Notes under the pieces: generated by a model
The model's input: the letters and a program-made list of their open reading frames with translations, nothing else
What the model was told of the DNA's origin: nothing
The model's database searches: none
Position numbers and translations under genes: made by a program
Shown here: piece by piece, positions 1 through 13,190 of the stretch
Position numbering within the stretch: the first letter of the stretch is position 1
How the letters are laid out: each line of letters begins with the position of its first letter
Assembly (NCBI GenBank): GCA_964016885.1
Contig: OZ024747.1
Location: 21,762,001 to 21,826,000 of the forward strand
DNA from: Eledone cirrhosa
Taxonomy: Eukaryota
DNA: 64,000 nt
Reading direction: 5' to 3'

Positions 1-284
1 ATCGAATTTCCCCCTCCCCAAATTTGTTGGCCTTGTGCCTACATCAGAAACCATTATGATTGTTATGGATGGTTTACATAGTAAATAGGATAATTACTGG
101 ATCTTTTGCTACTTGTCAAGTCTCAAACAAAGACTTTAGACTGACAGTATTTTCCTGAGCATATATGTGCAGTACACAGCAGAGTAGTCTTTTGTAAGAG
201 AGCAATCTGTGTTTTGAGGTCACTTTGCTTAAGATACCCTTTAGTGGTATGGAGCCCAAAGCTCAGATGAAAACTGGAATTACC

Positions 285-382
285 TTGTTGTTGTTGCTAC
301 TACCACTACTACCACCACCACCACTACTAATATTACCACCACCACCATTACCACTACTAATACCACTACTACTACTACTATG

Positions 383-416
<34 letters not shown>

Positions 417-500
417 TTACCACTAGTACTATTACCACCACCACTACTATTACCACCAGCACTACTACTATTACCACCACCACCACTACTACTACTACTA
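285..500. repeat. Compound (ACT)n/(ACC)n trinucleotide microsatellite
   Basis: Direct inspection; explains the Gly/Ser and poly-Val ORFs. Confidence 0.9.
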
Positions 501-659
501 CAGTCTAAAATGTGTTTCCAGCAATGACTTAGTTCACAAATTTGTAATGTTAAAACTGATTTCATGTGTGACCTTCAACCAACCTGTTTTTGGGGTACAT
601 TCTAAGAAGAGTTGCTTAAAGAAAATGAAAACAACTTTCTATAATATGCATACATACAA

Positions 660-812
660 ACGTACACACACCCAACATGTATACAATGATAAACACACTA
701 AACACACAAACATACACACACCCAACATGTATACAATGATAAACACACTAAACACACAAATATACACACACCCAGCATGTATACAATGATAAACACACTA
801 AACACACAAACA
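660..812. repeat. Short tandem repeat, about 3 x 52-54 bp
   Basis: acacacccaacatgtatacaatgataaacacactaaacacacaaa recurs three times. Confidence 0.85.
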
Positions 813-909
813 TCACAGGACATAAATATTACAATATATACACACATCAAACAGACGCGGAAAATGTACACAATAAATAAAATAGCATAATAAAGACACA
901 CACACATAC

Positions 910-942
<33 letters not shown>

Positions 943-985
943 AAACATAAACATTACACACACGCATACTAACCAACAACAGTAT

Positions 986-1057
<72 letters not shown>

Positions 1058-1059
<2 letters not shown>

Positions 1060-1466
1060 TTTATTAGCCACAGGGGCACAAAAGAAGGGGACAAATACAA
1101 AGGGGGAAGTTTACATACAATAAAAACGTGTAAAATGTTATCACAGATGGAATTTAAAAAGTTAGTCGATTTTCCCCAATAGAGGGAGACAGTTTATATG
1201 GGTAACACATACCCCCGAAAAAAAATGTGCAACCTTCATCTCCAGGAGTACGAAGAGTTTGTACTCCTTTCCTCTCCTCCTCCTCCTTTTCCTCAACCTA
1301 CAGGCTGATATAGAGAGAAGGCCCATTCACTGGGGCCATTCTCGCCACTTTCACCCACCTTTCATAAAACTTGCTGGGGTACAGCACCTCTCTCTCCATC
1401 CTGATTCTTCTTCCAAAGTGGTATTTGAAAAAAAGAATCAGTTGTTGGCCGGAGAGAAAGGTGTCT
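1058..1466 (-). mobile_element. 3' end of a Tx1/L1-like LINE (ORF2 C-terminus + 3' UTR) ending in (TC)n
   Basis: Minus-strand peptide DTFLSGQQLILFFKYHFGRRIRMEREVLYPSKFYERWVKVARM...SL* resembles Tx1-type ORF2 C-termini. AATAAA is followed by a (TC)n tract (987-1057 on the + strand as AG). Confidence 0.55.
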
Positions 1467-1476
1467 AGATAGATAG

Positions 1477-1722
1477 ATTTCTTTATTAGCCACAAGGGCG
1501 CAACAAGAAAGGGGACAATACAAAGACATGCCGGGGATTTTACATACAGTCGTGTAAAAAATATAAAAACAAACAATTTCAACAATCGAAATCCCCAATA
1601 GGGGGGAGGCGCCACAAATGGGTTGTTTAATACCCCGTCGATAGAACAACCCTCAACTCAAGGAGCGTGTTGTGCAAGTGCTCCTTTCTTCCTTTTGCTC
1701 TCTTCCTCAACCTACAGGCTTA
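1477..1722 (-). mobile_element. Second, diverged 3' UTR copy of the same LINE family, flanked by an ~50 bp direct repeat
   Basis: Shares agcctgtaggttgagg and tgtggctaataaa with the 1058-1306 copy. aaaaaagaatcagttgttggccggagagaaaggtgtctagatagataga is present at ~1429-1477 and ~1724-1772. Confidence 0.6.
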
Positions 1723-4142
1723 TAAAAAAGAATCAGTTGTTGGCCGGAGAGAAAGGTGTCTAGATAGATAGATAGATAGATACATCCATACAACACACAC
1801 ACGTATACATACACACATATACACACAAACAAAGGTGTGTGTATTTAAAGTGAGGTGAATGTTGTCAGACAGCTATGTCACCATAACAGCTGATCAAAAT
1901 ACTGAACTTATTTATTTAACTAGTTAAAGAGATGACAGGGTGAATGGTTGGTGTTGTTGGTAATAGCAACTTGGGGTGAGGTGCAATGGTCGTGTTGTTG
2001 TTGTTAGTCCCGGGTCAGTCCTTATCATGTAGACCTATGATCAAAAGTATTCATGACAATCCCATGTTTTATTAAGACACAATTTTAGCGGAATCACTTT
2101 ATCCTGTGTGTACATTTTTTAAAACTCTTTTGATGCTAAATTTGTTAAAAGTCTACTTTTATTAAACAAAACCATCCAATTTGAAGGGTTTCTATTTAAA
2201 CTAAAACCTTCCAAAACAATTTATTCTATGAAACAAAACCACCCATTTTGAGGGATTCCTTTTTAAATTAAAACCTTCCAACATAATTTGTCAACTTTTG
2301 AAAAAAAAAAAAAAAACATTTTAATAAGGAAATATTTAATAATTTAAGCAAATCCTTTCATGTTCTCCATTAATTAAATTAAATGCAGTGTATCATTAGA
2401 AATATGATCATCAAAGGGTTAAAGATAGATAAGATTTTTTTTAAGTATAAAACAGCACTATGACTGTATTCCATTAAAAACTAGAGTTTTTAGTTTACTG
2501 AAAATTATCTCAATAATCTGTCCATTAGTAAAACATACTATAAACATTTGAATTAACAAACCGGTTTGTAGGTGTTTTCTGCTAAATCATTACAGGATGT
2601 TAAGTGTTAAGAGCTAGGGATCTGAATAGAGATGAAAGATCATGTCTTAATATTTACCAAGTGCATTTAAAAGTAAACACCCAGTTAGTGCTAAGCAGGA
2701 CTTCCTTCATCATCATTTCATCATTTCATTTTACGTCCGCTTTTTCCCTGCTTGCAAGGGTGGGATGGAAACTGATGCTGGCTTGATTTCTACAGCTGGA
2801 TGCCCTTCCTAACACCAACCTCATTTACAGTGAGTGCTGGGTGCTTTTTTTGCTGTGGCACCTCCACGACCACTTTGCAGTGGAATGATATGGACCCCAG
2901 TCCCTATCATCTCATTTCTACAGCTGAGTAAACTGGAGCAATGTGAAATAAAGTGTCTTGCTCAAGGAAACAACACATATTAAAAAAAAACAAAAGAATA
3001 GAAAATTGTTTTCTACAAATGTTAATAATGAAATAAACCTGAGGGAGTAATACTTAAGAGAATATATGGGATTATTTAAGCTGTAAGGGGGGGGGGGGGG
3101 GGGTCACGCAGATTATTAGAAAGTTAAGCTTAGAATTTTGAGGGCAATCATGTCAGCTGAGCTTGGCTTAGTAATAATAGAAGTCAGAGATCAGGTTAGT
3201 CTTTATAAGATTATTATTATTATAAATGTTTATTACTATTGTTGTTGTTGTTGTTGTTGTTACAATATGTAGCAACAAGAACAAAGGTAGAAAGGGGTTG
3301 TTGAGGTTAGAAAAAAAAAAAGAGAGAGATGAGGTAAAATACAGACATTATAGACAGACATATTAGAAACAGCCGTGAAGTGGAAACTGCCATCTGGTTG
3401 TGTTGGCTGACTCAGGGGAAAGATTGCCCTTAGGAATCAGGTAACTGTCAGCTTCTCCTACCCACCTTAGCTTCTCCTTCAATTATTCTTTTCACATGAG
3501 AGGACTGTTCCTATCTCTCTCTCTCTGACATACTCACACATTTCCCTCCCCCTCTCCCACTCTCTCCTACATCTCCCCTTTCTCTCTTACCCTCTCCCTT
3601 TCTCTTCCACACTCCCTTCTCAGACATACATCTTCTCTCCCTATCTCTCTTACTCTCCCCCTTTCTCACCCACCCAGCCCTCTCTCTCTCAGTATCCCTA
3701 CTGTATTTATCATCTCCAGCAACACCATCTACTTGATTTCTGTCCTCAACCCACCCAGCCCTGTCTCAGTTCCCTCAAACACCACCACCACCATCACCAA
3801 ATGGTTCAGATTTCTATAAATACGAACACCTGAATTAAGAGGAGAGTGGGAGGGTGGTAATAGAGAGAGGGGGAAGAGATTGCTGGGAGGCTACAAAAAA
3901 ACTTATGGATATCCTAGCAGTACTGCAGAATTATAAGCAGCAGTAATCCACCATATGCAACCATTTACAGTAATTAGGTGAAATATTAAATTAGTTTCTG
4001 GAGATTAAACCCGACAAAAATAAAAAATGATTATGGGACATGCAAACTCACTTAAGGACAAAAACTAAATAAGAAAAAAAAAATCATTAAAAATAACCGA
4101 TGGCTTCTTTTTTCCTGACTAAAAGATTATATATGTACATAT

Positions 4143-4347
4143 ATGGTTTCTTATATAGGCACAAGGCTAGCAATTTGGGGAAGGGGAAAGTTGATTAAAT
4201 CACCCCAGTGCGTGACTGGTACTTTATTTTATCGACCTGGTAAAGGTGAAAAGCAAAGTTAACCTTGACGGGATTTGAACTCAGATCATAAAGGACCAGA
4301 ACTCTATGCTGCAAAGCATGGCATCCAACCCTCTAATCTACCGCCCT
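4143..4347 (-). mobile_element. tRNA-derived SINE, major family of this window
   Basis: B box GAGTTCAAATCC and core ctttcacctttaccaggtcgataaaataaagtaccag; homologous to 37354-37531. Confidence 0.8.
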
Positions 4348-4529
4348 GATATATATGTACATATATAACATACATATGTTGTCTAGTGAGTGAATTGGCT
4401 CAAGCATTAGGGTGTCAGATTATATATACTTCAGTATTTGTTCCAGCTCACTGTACTCTGAGTTCAAATCCTGCCAAAGTCAAGATTATATGGCATGGCA
4501 TGGTCCAGTAACTCTTGAGTGAGTCGTCA

Positions 4530-4735
4530 TTTTAAACCTGGCGGAGCCCATCTCCTCTCCAGATCTGAATATAGCAGATTTCTTCATGAGAGAGGAAGAA
4601 TTGACTGGTACTTTTTTTTATCAACCTTGAATGGATGAAAGCCAAAGTTGACCTGGCGGGATTTGAACTCAGAGAGCAGAAACAAATACCGCAAAGCATT
4701 CTACCCGTTCTAATGACTGCCAATTCACCACCTTA
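4530..4735 (-). mobile_element. tRNA-derived SINE, related subfamily with a different 3' tail
   Basis: A/B boxes and shared core; tail homologous to 26640-26875, 9150-9372 and 17750-17940. Confidence 0.75.
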
Positions 4736-4740
4736 CCAAG

Positions 4741-4789
<49 letters not shown>

Positions 4790-5439
4790 TGAAGAGATGG
4801 CAAATTGGTACAGTGGTTAGGATGTCAGATTATAAATAACTTAGTAATCTAGATCAACAACTTTGCCTTTCATCCATTGAAGGGCCAGTACTAGCCCAGT
4901 ACGGGGTCAATTCTCTCTCTGGAAGAAATCAGCTGTGTTCATATGATAAAAAGTTTTTAGATAAATGAAAACACTTAAAAAATAAACAGCTTTGTAGCTT
5001 TGTATTATAGGACCAGGGGCGGTTTCAGGGGGTTTGGTTTTCAAAAGGATTAGGAAATGTTGATCAAGACAAAAGAATTAATATACTTTGCTTAAACTGA
5101 TATCTTTAAAGTTTGGTAATATAAGTTTAAACTTCTGATTTGTTGAATAGTAACTAATACAACACTTAAACTTCACAATCATCATCATCATTTTACATCT
5201 GCTTTTCCCTGCTTGCAAGGGTGACACAGATCCTATTCAGCACAGCATCTCTTCAATTGTCACAGTCCTTCGTTTAAAAATGTATTTTTATTGATTTTTT
5301 GTTTTTTGTTTTTTTGTGAAGATGCAAAAGGAGGAAAGAGTGAAGGGTATGAGTGAAGGAAAATTGGCCCCAAATTCTACTGGCCATCTCAGACTAGTCA
5401 ACTAAATACAGTTCTTCTTCTTTTGATGCTAAACTCTGC

Positions 5440-6000
5440 CAGTTGCAGACTGTGCATCAACATGAAATATTTTTCTCCACAAAGTTCAATCACCAACAGC
5501 AGAGTTTAAAGAGCAAAGATCAAGTCCAGTCCATAGGTTGACATTATCAAGCCATCGTTTTGGCTACCGGCCTCTGCTTCTCTTACCATCCAACCTTCCT
5601 TACAGCTATAACCTACTCACACCATGAGTTGATCTTTTTATATGACAGTATAGTTTGAGTACTCTTGACTTGACAATTGATGTAATTGGTCTAAGTCTGG
5701 TAATGTTGAGCAGCTCACTGATACAGATACAGTCGCTGAGCAGCTCACTGATACAGAGACAGTCGCTGAGCAGCTCACTGATACAGAGACAGTCGCTGAG
5801 CAGCTCACTGATACAGAGACAGTCGCTGAGCAGCTCACTGATACAGAGACAGTCGCTGAGCAGCTCACTGATACAGAGACAGTCGCTGAGCAGCTCACTG
5901 ATACAGAGACAGTCGCTGAGCTGCTCGCCAGTCATAAGTCTCATGATGTAGTTCTGTAATGAAGCTCTCTACAAATACAGTTAGAACTTTTTAATATCTG
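5440..6000 (-). mobile_element. Degenerate RTE-clade LINE 3' fragment
   Basis: Minus-strand ...IVKSRVLKLYCHIKRS...GRLDGKRSRGR*PKRWLDNVNLWTGL...LWRK is a typical RTE C-terminus with stops. Confidence 0.65.
5708..5922. repeat. 30-bp minisatellite, about 7 copies
   Basis: Unit gagcagctcactgatacagagacagtcgct, nearly perfect copies. Confidence 0.95.
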
Positions 6001-6069
6001 ATGGTGGAACTTGGGTAAGGATGGAAATTCCAGAGGAATGATTGAATAAATTGTTTACTGAAGGAAATT

Positions 6070-6135
6070 GGGGGAGAGAAAGACAACGAAGGGGGAGAGA
6101 AAGACAACGAAGGGGGAGAGAAAGACAACGAAGAG
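6070..6135. repeat. 21-bp tandem repeat x3
   Basis: Unit gggggagagaaagacaacgaa. Confidence 0.85.
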
Positions 6136-6264
6136 GGAGAGAGAGTGAGTCAGTCCTAAAGACAACAGGTTAATGACATAGATAGATAGTTGAGTTTGTA
6201 TTAGATCTGACAGTAAAGAAACATGACTGACAGGAACTAAAGAAGTAAGGTTCAAGATGAAGAT

Positions 6265-6605
6265 AATGGTGGAGGTGGTGATGGTGGTGGTGTTAGTGAG
6301 GGGTGGTGGTGATGTTAGTGGGGAATGGGGTGATGATGGGGGAGTCATACTGGTGGAGGTGGTAGTGGCAGTGGTGGTGGTGCTGTTGGTAGTGGGGGTG
6401 GGGGGTGATGATGGGGGAGTCATACTGGTGGAGGTGGTGGTGCTGTTGGTAGTGTTAGTGAGGGGTGGGAGTGATGGAGGCAGTGGTGGTGGTGGAAGTA
6501 GTGATGGTGGTAAGATGGTGATGGTATAGGTGATGGTAGAGGAGTTTTTATGGTGGTGGTGGTGGTGAGGTGTGATGATGTTAGTAGTGGTAGTGGTGGT
6601 GGTGT
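6265..6605. repeat. (GGT)n-rich low-complexity region with internal duplication
   Basis: Direct inspection. Confidence 0.85.
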
Positions 6606-7568
6606 GATATATGACTCTTTATTATTGCTTTGCAGCATAGAGTTGTGGCCCTTTACGTTATGAGTTCAAATCCTGCTGAGGTTAATTTTACCTTTCATCC
6701 TTACGGGTTCAATAAAATAAAGTACCAGTAATGCACTGGAGTAATTGCTGGCCTTGTGCTAAAAGTAAAAACAATTATTATCAAAAAGAGGAAAGCCATA
6801 TAAGATCCAGAGTTAGCAAGGTTAAAAAAAAAAAATGGCCCTTCTTGAAAATGGAACATAATTTGAAGGCAGATCATCATTGAGGGAGAAAGTTAAATAT
6901 AGTATTTAGTCCATCAACCTAATGTTTCTATCAACTCTGCCCCCACTCCATCCCACCCCACCAAAATATCGATTTCTGACATTGGCATAAGGCCAAAAAT
7001 ATGTATTGGAAAAGGGAGTAGATGGAATCACCCCCCCACCCCCACCTCCTCAAAAATAGCAACAAATAAACTGGAAGAAAAACGAATTAACATTGAACTA
7101 TTGTCAACAGATGCGTATATTAGCTGATAATACATATGTGTGTGTGTATGTGTGTTGGATAAATAATAGGCAGGCTGGAGAGAGAGAGAGAGAGATAAGC
7201 AGTAGGAGAAAGTGAAAGAGATAGAGAGAGAGGGAGAGAGAGAGAGGGAGAGAGAGAGAGAGTTTTAACATATATAAATGATAACAATAAATGGATACCT
7301 CCATCAACCAAACTAGAAAGTGATTCATGTTGATGAGAACAGGTTGGAAGCTTATTCTTGGTTCAATGTTAATCAGCTCCAACTATAATCAATCAATCAA
7401 TCAAGTTGGAAAGTAACCGGTAATAGATTGGAGTCAATACCTGCCACTTGACCTGTTTGTATAATTAATCCTCAACATAAGTCCCTCAACCTGCTGAAAC
7501 AACAACTTAAAGTCTTCTTTCAAACAAATCCCAACCATTTTTAAATTTAGGAGGAACCATATGTTCAA

Positions 7569-8132
7569 CCCTGTAGCATTTACATTACTCTATATATATT
7601 ATTGTATTTTCGCAGAAAACGCTTTATCTCACATAATTATACTGATTAATGTTCAGAGACATCCTCAGCATTCTTGTGTAGCAAGAATGCTGAGGATGGC
7701 TCTGAACATTAATCAGTATACACTGAGGATGAAGAACTCAGAGCTGTACGGGAGCCTACCAAAAGTCAGCTCGAAAGTAGCACAGAGGAGACTGAGGTTA
7801 GCTGGACATGCTCACCGACATCCAGAGTTGACACTGAAAGAGGGAGACCGAGGTTGACATATGTTGGATGCTCTAAGGACAGACACTGGTCTCTTGGAGA
7901 CGCAGGACATGGCAGCAATGATGAGGGACAGAGACCGCTGGAGAGAACTCGTCCATGGATCTTGGGAATTTTACCCGCCCTAGATATAGATATATCGAAT
8001 CTACGAGATTTTGATATTATTTATTTTGAGAACAATACCTTAATGTCAGTATGGGTGGACGGTTACAGCCGGTTTGAACAGAAAGAGGTGAGAGAATTCT
8101 GGCCAGATACAGCCATTTTAAATGCTAAAGGG
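7569..8132. mobile_element. piggyBac-like MITE interrupted by an RTE-like LINE 3' fragment (~7645-7995)
   Basis: Ends ccctgtagcattta / taaatgctaaaggg match copies at 8489, 19157, 19693 and 31230. The insert encodes RMLRMALNI...LYGSLPKVSSKVAQRRLRLAGHAHRHPEL...DRDRWREL. Confidence 0.75.
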
Positions 8133-8488
8133 TTAGAACTTAATTTTGTGAACAATGAAAACCAGTAGAAGAGATTCTCTACTCTTGTTTGTCACTCAAA
8201 ATTGTTTATACAATAAATAACCAATTCTTCACTTAGCCAAACACCTGCAATTTTAAGGTTAATTACAGGAACTACAACATGTACATTTTTCAAACAATTC
8301 ATTCAACATAAAAAGAAATAGGTGGGCATAAAATAAATCTCTTTATTGCTGGAACCAGTGGATGTGTATACAGTGGTTGTGTCTACATTTGAAGTGGATG
8401 AGATAATAAACAGTAGATATATTTAATCTTGTTACACAACATTCTCAGTTCAAATCTTTCTAAATTCACCTTTGTTATTCATACTTAA

Positions 8489-8709
8489 CCCTTTAGCATT
8501 CACATTACTCTAGTTTTACTATTGTATTTTCACAGTAAAGCTTTTATCTTACATAATTATCTCACATAATATCGACTCTATGAGATTTTGATGTTGTTTA
8601 TTTTGACAACAATACCTTAACATCAGTATGATCAGCCAGTTACAGCTGGTTTGAACAGAAAGAGGTGAGCAAGTCCTTGCCAGATATGGTCAGTTTAAAT
8701 GCTAAAGAG
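8489..8709. mobile_element. piggyBac-like MITE
   Basis: TTAA|ccctttagcatt ... aaatgctaaagag, with the same internal sequence as the other copies. Confidence 0.8.
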
Positions 8710-9974
8710 CTAAGAGATGAATAAAAGGTATACAAATATTATCGCCAGATGATGAGCCATATCTCATGCGGACTACTTCTCGAAAAAGGTTGCCCGTGTC
8801 TGGTGTAAAGTAATCATCATCATCATTTTTATGCCCACTTCTCCATGCTGGCATGGGTTGGATGGGATGTTTTGAGGTAATGTTTTACAGTTTGATACCC
8901 TTCCTGACACCAGCTCAATTTAGTCATCTCATACAGCACACAAAAATACAGTATCTATTCTAATGGCAGATACACAAAATATGAACAATATTTGCAGCAA
9001 TTTATAACAAATGGTGTGAAGAAAAGACTGTCCACCCTCAGTGACAATCAGAATTGTACTTATGACAAGACTGACTTCATTAACATTCTGTGAAACTTTT
9101 TCACAGAATCTTCAATGTACTATTTCCAATTTGTCTATATTACAACAAACGGTGGCAACTGGTTGAGTTGTTAGGATGTCAGATTTAAAATGCTCCAGTA
9201 TTTGTTTTAGTTCACTGTGTTCTGAGTTCAAATCCTGCTCGGATCAACTTTGCCTTTCAAAGTCAATAAACAAAGTACTAGTTCGGTACTGGGGTCATTT
9301 GTTCCTCTTTGTCTTTCTCTGAAGAAATCAGCTGTGTTCTAACCTGGAGAAGGATGAGCCCTGCCAGTTTAAAAATGTTCTACAACTACATCAGGAGTTA
9401 AGGACACCTTTATCTCTATCACTGCTGTATTACAAAATATGAAAATCTACATGCAAAAATGATATATTTTTCTGTCTTATTGTTACATCATCTACAAAGG
9501 TACAACTGCTAGACACACACATAACATTTTCGATCGTATCCAAAACACAGATGTTTAAAAGTTTACAGATGCAACAAAAAAAAAATTAACTTTTATGGAT
9601 TAACTTTTTTGTACACAGACCATCTTTGTACAAAGACTACCTGTTTGCTTAGATAATTTATCTTACCTTGAACATCCGCAGGGTGTCACATTATATATTA
9701 CAGTTAGCTAGATCAATTAAAACCCCCACACACACACTACTTATGAATACACACTACACTATATAATTCAAACAGCACATCACATTATACATACAGAACA
9801 TCACAATCTTACAGCACAATAATATGCCATATCATAGTACAATCATTATACACTACATTGTGTTTTAAAACACCCACATATTGTCTCATATGCATCTTTC
9901 TGGCAACTTGTTCAAGCCATCTGGGCTCAATATGATGCAATCGCACTCTTATGCACAAAATGATATTGAAAAGG

Positions 9975-10430
9975 GCTGAACTACAGGTTCAACTACATCA
10001 GCATAGAACTGCCTAAACAGGGCTGATATACAACTCAACTACAACAACATAGGGCTAATCTATAGCTCAACAAAGAACTGATTGAATAGGATTGATCTAT
10101 GGTTCCACTACATCAACATAGGACTGCTTGAACAGGGTTGATCTATGGTTCAACTACATCAACACAGGACTGCTAGAACAGGGTTGATCTATGATTCAAC
10201 TACATCAACACAGGACTGCTAGAACAGGGTTGATCTATGGTTCAACTACATCAACACAGGACTGCTAGAACAGGGTTGATCTATGGTTCAACTACATCAA
10301 CACTGGACTGCTTGAACAGGGTTGATCTATGGTTCAACTACATCAACACAGGACTGCTTGAACAGTACTGAGCTATTGTTCAACTACATCAACATAGGAC
10401 TGCTTGAACAGGGCTGACCCATGGCTGAAC
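9975..10430. repeat. 46-bp minisatellite, about 9 copies with diverged ends
   Basis: Unit ttcaactacatcaacacaggactgctagaacagggttgatctatgg. Confidence 0.9.
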
Positions 10431-11040
10431 AATTTCAACAAAACAATAATCAAAGTGTCTAAACATAAATACATTTCCACAACTAAAAAGTAACAGCTGA
10501 GTAGCTTTCTTTAGTTCCAGTAAGTAAAAAAAATTAGTTAATATTATGCAGACAGTGAAATCAATGAAGGCACTATAAATGTGTGTGTATATCAGATAAA
10601 CTGATAGAAAACCAAAATGTTGAGAGTATTAAGTGCATTAACATAAAGAGATGCACATATGCAATATAGGACAGAAGACTAACAACAGCAGAGATAGCAG
10701 AAAAGCAGCAGTTATCTTCTGTTACTTCTTTCAGTTAGCAAGCGCAGTGATTCAGCAGTTGGTATCTCAGAAAACTGAATACATGACTCAGTTTTGATTT
10801 CCACTTGGAACTGCTCCAGCCATATTCTTGACATGTTTTGGAAAAAAAAGTATGAACATCACATTCTCACCCTGTAGGTCTAGAAATCTGTGATACCTTA
10901 TAAAGCTGCTATATAAGGACTGAAACTGAATATGGCTGAGTCAATTAGGTAGGTACCAGACATCCTGTCAAGAGGTCAGCAGTTGATATTTGGTCATGAG
11001 CACTATATTGTGTCCATGAGAAATATGAGATACCTTATAT

Positions 11041-11227
11041 CAGGCAAGTCAAACTGAGGGTCCCCCGAGGCCACATGGGTCACATATGTGTTGCCTGAGG
11101 GCCACACATGACAACTAATTGCGCACATTACAACTAATATTTTTTATTACATATTACGCTTACGCTGTAAAAACCTTTGTGTGGGCTGCAGGTGTGCTTG
11201 TAAAGGGCTGCATGTTTGACATGCCTG
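11041..11227. mobile_element. Non-autonomous hAT-like MITE
   Basis: TIRs caggcaagtcaaac / gtttgacatgcctg; perfect 8-bp TSD ccttatat (11033-11040, 11228-11235). Confidence 0.85.
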
Positions 11228-11589
11228 CCTTATATAGTTGGTATATAAGAATTGAAGCCAGTGAATTGGCTTAGAGTTATTAGAAGATTGTGTAGAATGC
11301 TTTGTGATATTCTTTCTGGCTCTATGCACTCTAAACTCGGTGTTGATAAAAATAGTCCATAAAGGGAGATTTGACTGCCATTTCAAGTAAGCCAAGTAAC
11401 CACATAAAGACAGCTTCATTGGCCTGAGCTCCAGATTGGCTTTTATCCACGAAATATAATTAAAGACATCCCAGCTATGACCACCTGTTTTTTTTTTTTT
11501 GGGGGGGGGGGGGGGGGGGTAGATATAGGCATAGGCGTAGTTGTGTATTTAAGAAGTTTGTTTTGAAACCATAGCCATAGGGCAACCAT

Positions 11590-11930
11590 TAACATCAATG
11601 AGATTTAAACTCAAAGTACAGAAAGTTGGAATAAATACTGCAAAGCATTTTGTTCTATGTTCTGCTAATTTGTTCTATGACTGCTAATTTATCACCTTAG
11701 TCAAATCATACATCTTGTACTATGTTCTAAGGACTCTGCTAAACAACCACCTCAATCAGACCATACATTTTGTCCAATGTTCTAATGACTTTGCCAATCT
11801 GCCACCTCAGTCAGATCATACATTTTGTTCTATGTTCTAAGGACTCTGCTAAACAACCACCTCAATCAGACCATACATTTTGTTCTATGTTCTAAGGACT
11901 CTGCTAGTCTGCCACCTAAGTTAGATCATA
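11590..11930 (-). repeat. SINE 5' portion followed by ~55-bp tandem repeats of the SINE head
   Basis: Unit catacattttgttctatgttctaaggactctgctaaacaaccacctcaatcagac; its reverse complement resembles the SINE head aggtggcagattggcaaagtcattagaaca. Confidence 0.7.
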
Positions 11931-12433
11931 AGAAAAAACTATTTTCATCTAACGACTGCTAATTTGTCAACAAAATTAAATCCAGCACGCTAGCTCTGCT
12001 ACCTTTCCACTATCTTATTCTCTTATTCATGTATATTCCAGTTAAACCAGTCTTTGGGGACTCCGATACAAAACTATTCTGGAAATAAGTTATTCAAAGC
12101 ATTTTAATTCAATAACCTTTCTAATTAGGACACTGTATTGTTTCAAACATGTCTAAATATTTCACCAGCATTATATTTTCATCAAAGACTACAAGACGCA
12201 AACAAACTGATACATTCTTCAACCATTGTTTTCATAACTTGTTGTTTTTGTTCTTTTTGCAAAGATGGATTTTTATTATGATGATTATTATTATTTATTT
12301 TTGGTTTAATCAAAATAGAGAAGGTCAGCAACCAAACGTTTGTTTGATATGAGACCTTCTCTCTAAATCTTTTGATATTTAAGCTAGCAACAAGCAGAAG
12401 ATGGTCAAACCACACAACAAACCACACAATACA

Positions 12434-12728
12434 ATCATCATCATCATCATCATCATCATTTTACGTCCGCTTTTTCCTGCTTGCAAGGGTTGGACGGGTC
12501 CTATTCAGCACAGCATCTCTCCACTTGTCACGGTCCTTCGTCATCTCCTCAGTGAATTTCAGCGTTCTGAGGTCTGCTCTCACCACCTCCGCCCATGTTT
12601 TTCGTGGTCTTCCTCTACTGCGTCTTCCTTCTACTGGGATTTCTTGGCACTTCTTTACCCAGCGATCATCCTCCATGCACATCACATGTACATACCATCT
12701 CAGCCTTCTCTCCTGCACACCACACAGT
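12434..12728 (-). mobile_element. RTE-clade LINE, 5'-truncated 3' fragment
   Basis: QERRLRWYVHVMCMEDDRWVKKC...VEGRRSRGRPRKTWAEVVRADL...DRDKWR; (ATG)n tail. Confidence 0.9.
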
Positions 12729-13011
12729 ACTCTCTCTCTCTATATATATAAGTTAACGAGGTATCGTTTAAGGCAATCCAAGTAGAGGCTATGATTACTC
12801 TCTATCGAGGATAGTTCTAACATTCGGTGTTGTTTGACTCAACAAGGTGTTTACTTAGTTGTGGTGTTCGCGCGGCTGATTCCAGGCAGTTCCTAGGTAA
12901 GCGGCTCCTGGAGTATTAATAACAAAGGAGTGAAGAATAACACGGATCAGCTATACTTGGAATAAACCCCACTGTGTTGTTTGCTTTGTTGTTTCTGTTT
13001 ACTTTATACAT

Positions 13012-13093
<82 letters not shown>

Positions 13094-13136
13094 GAAAGGT
13101 ATAGACAACAGTGTAATGAAAAGCCAACAGTATTCC

Positions 13137-13186
<50 letters not shown>

Positions 13187-13190
<4 letters not shown>

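Noticed and set aside
263-565. Gly/Ser-rich and poly-Val ORFs (also 6055-6638)
   Set aside because: Trinucleotide microsatellite translations.
9666-9710. Possible small RNF11 exon (AG...AAG|GTAAGA on the minus strand)
   Set aside because: Translation LTVIYNVTPCGCS does not match RNF11 exon 2, the polypyrimidine tract is weak, and the length would shift the frame.
12751-13005. TA-flanked element as another hammerhead carrier
   Set aside because: No hammerhead core on either strand, and only a weak match to the shared 3' stem-loop (12795-12816); left unassigned.
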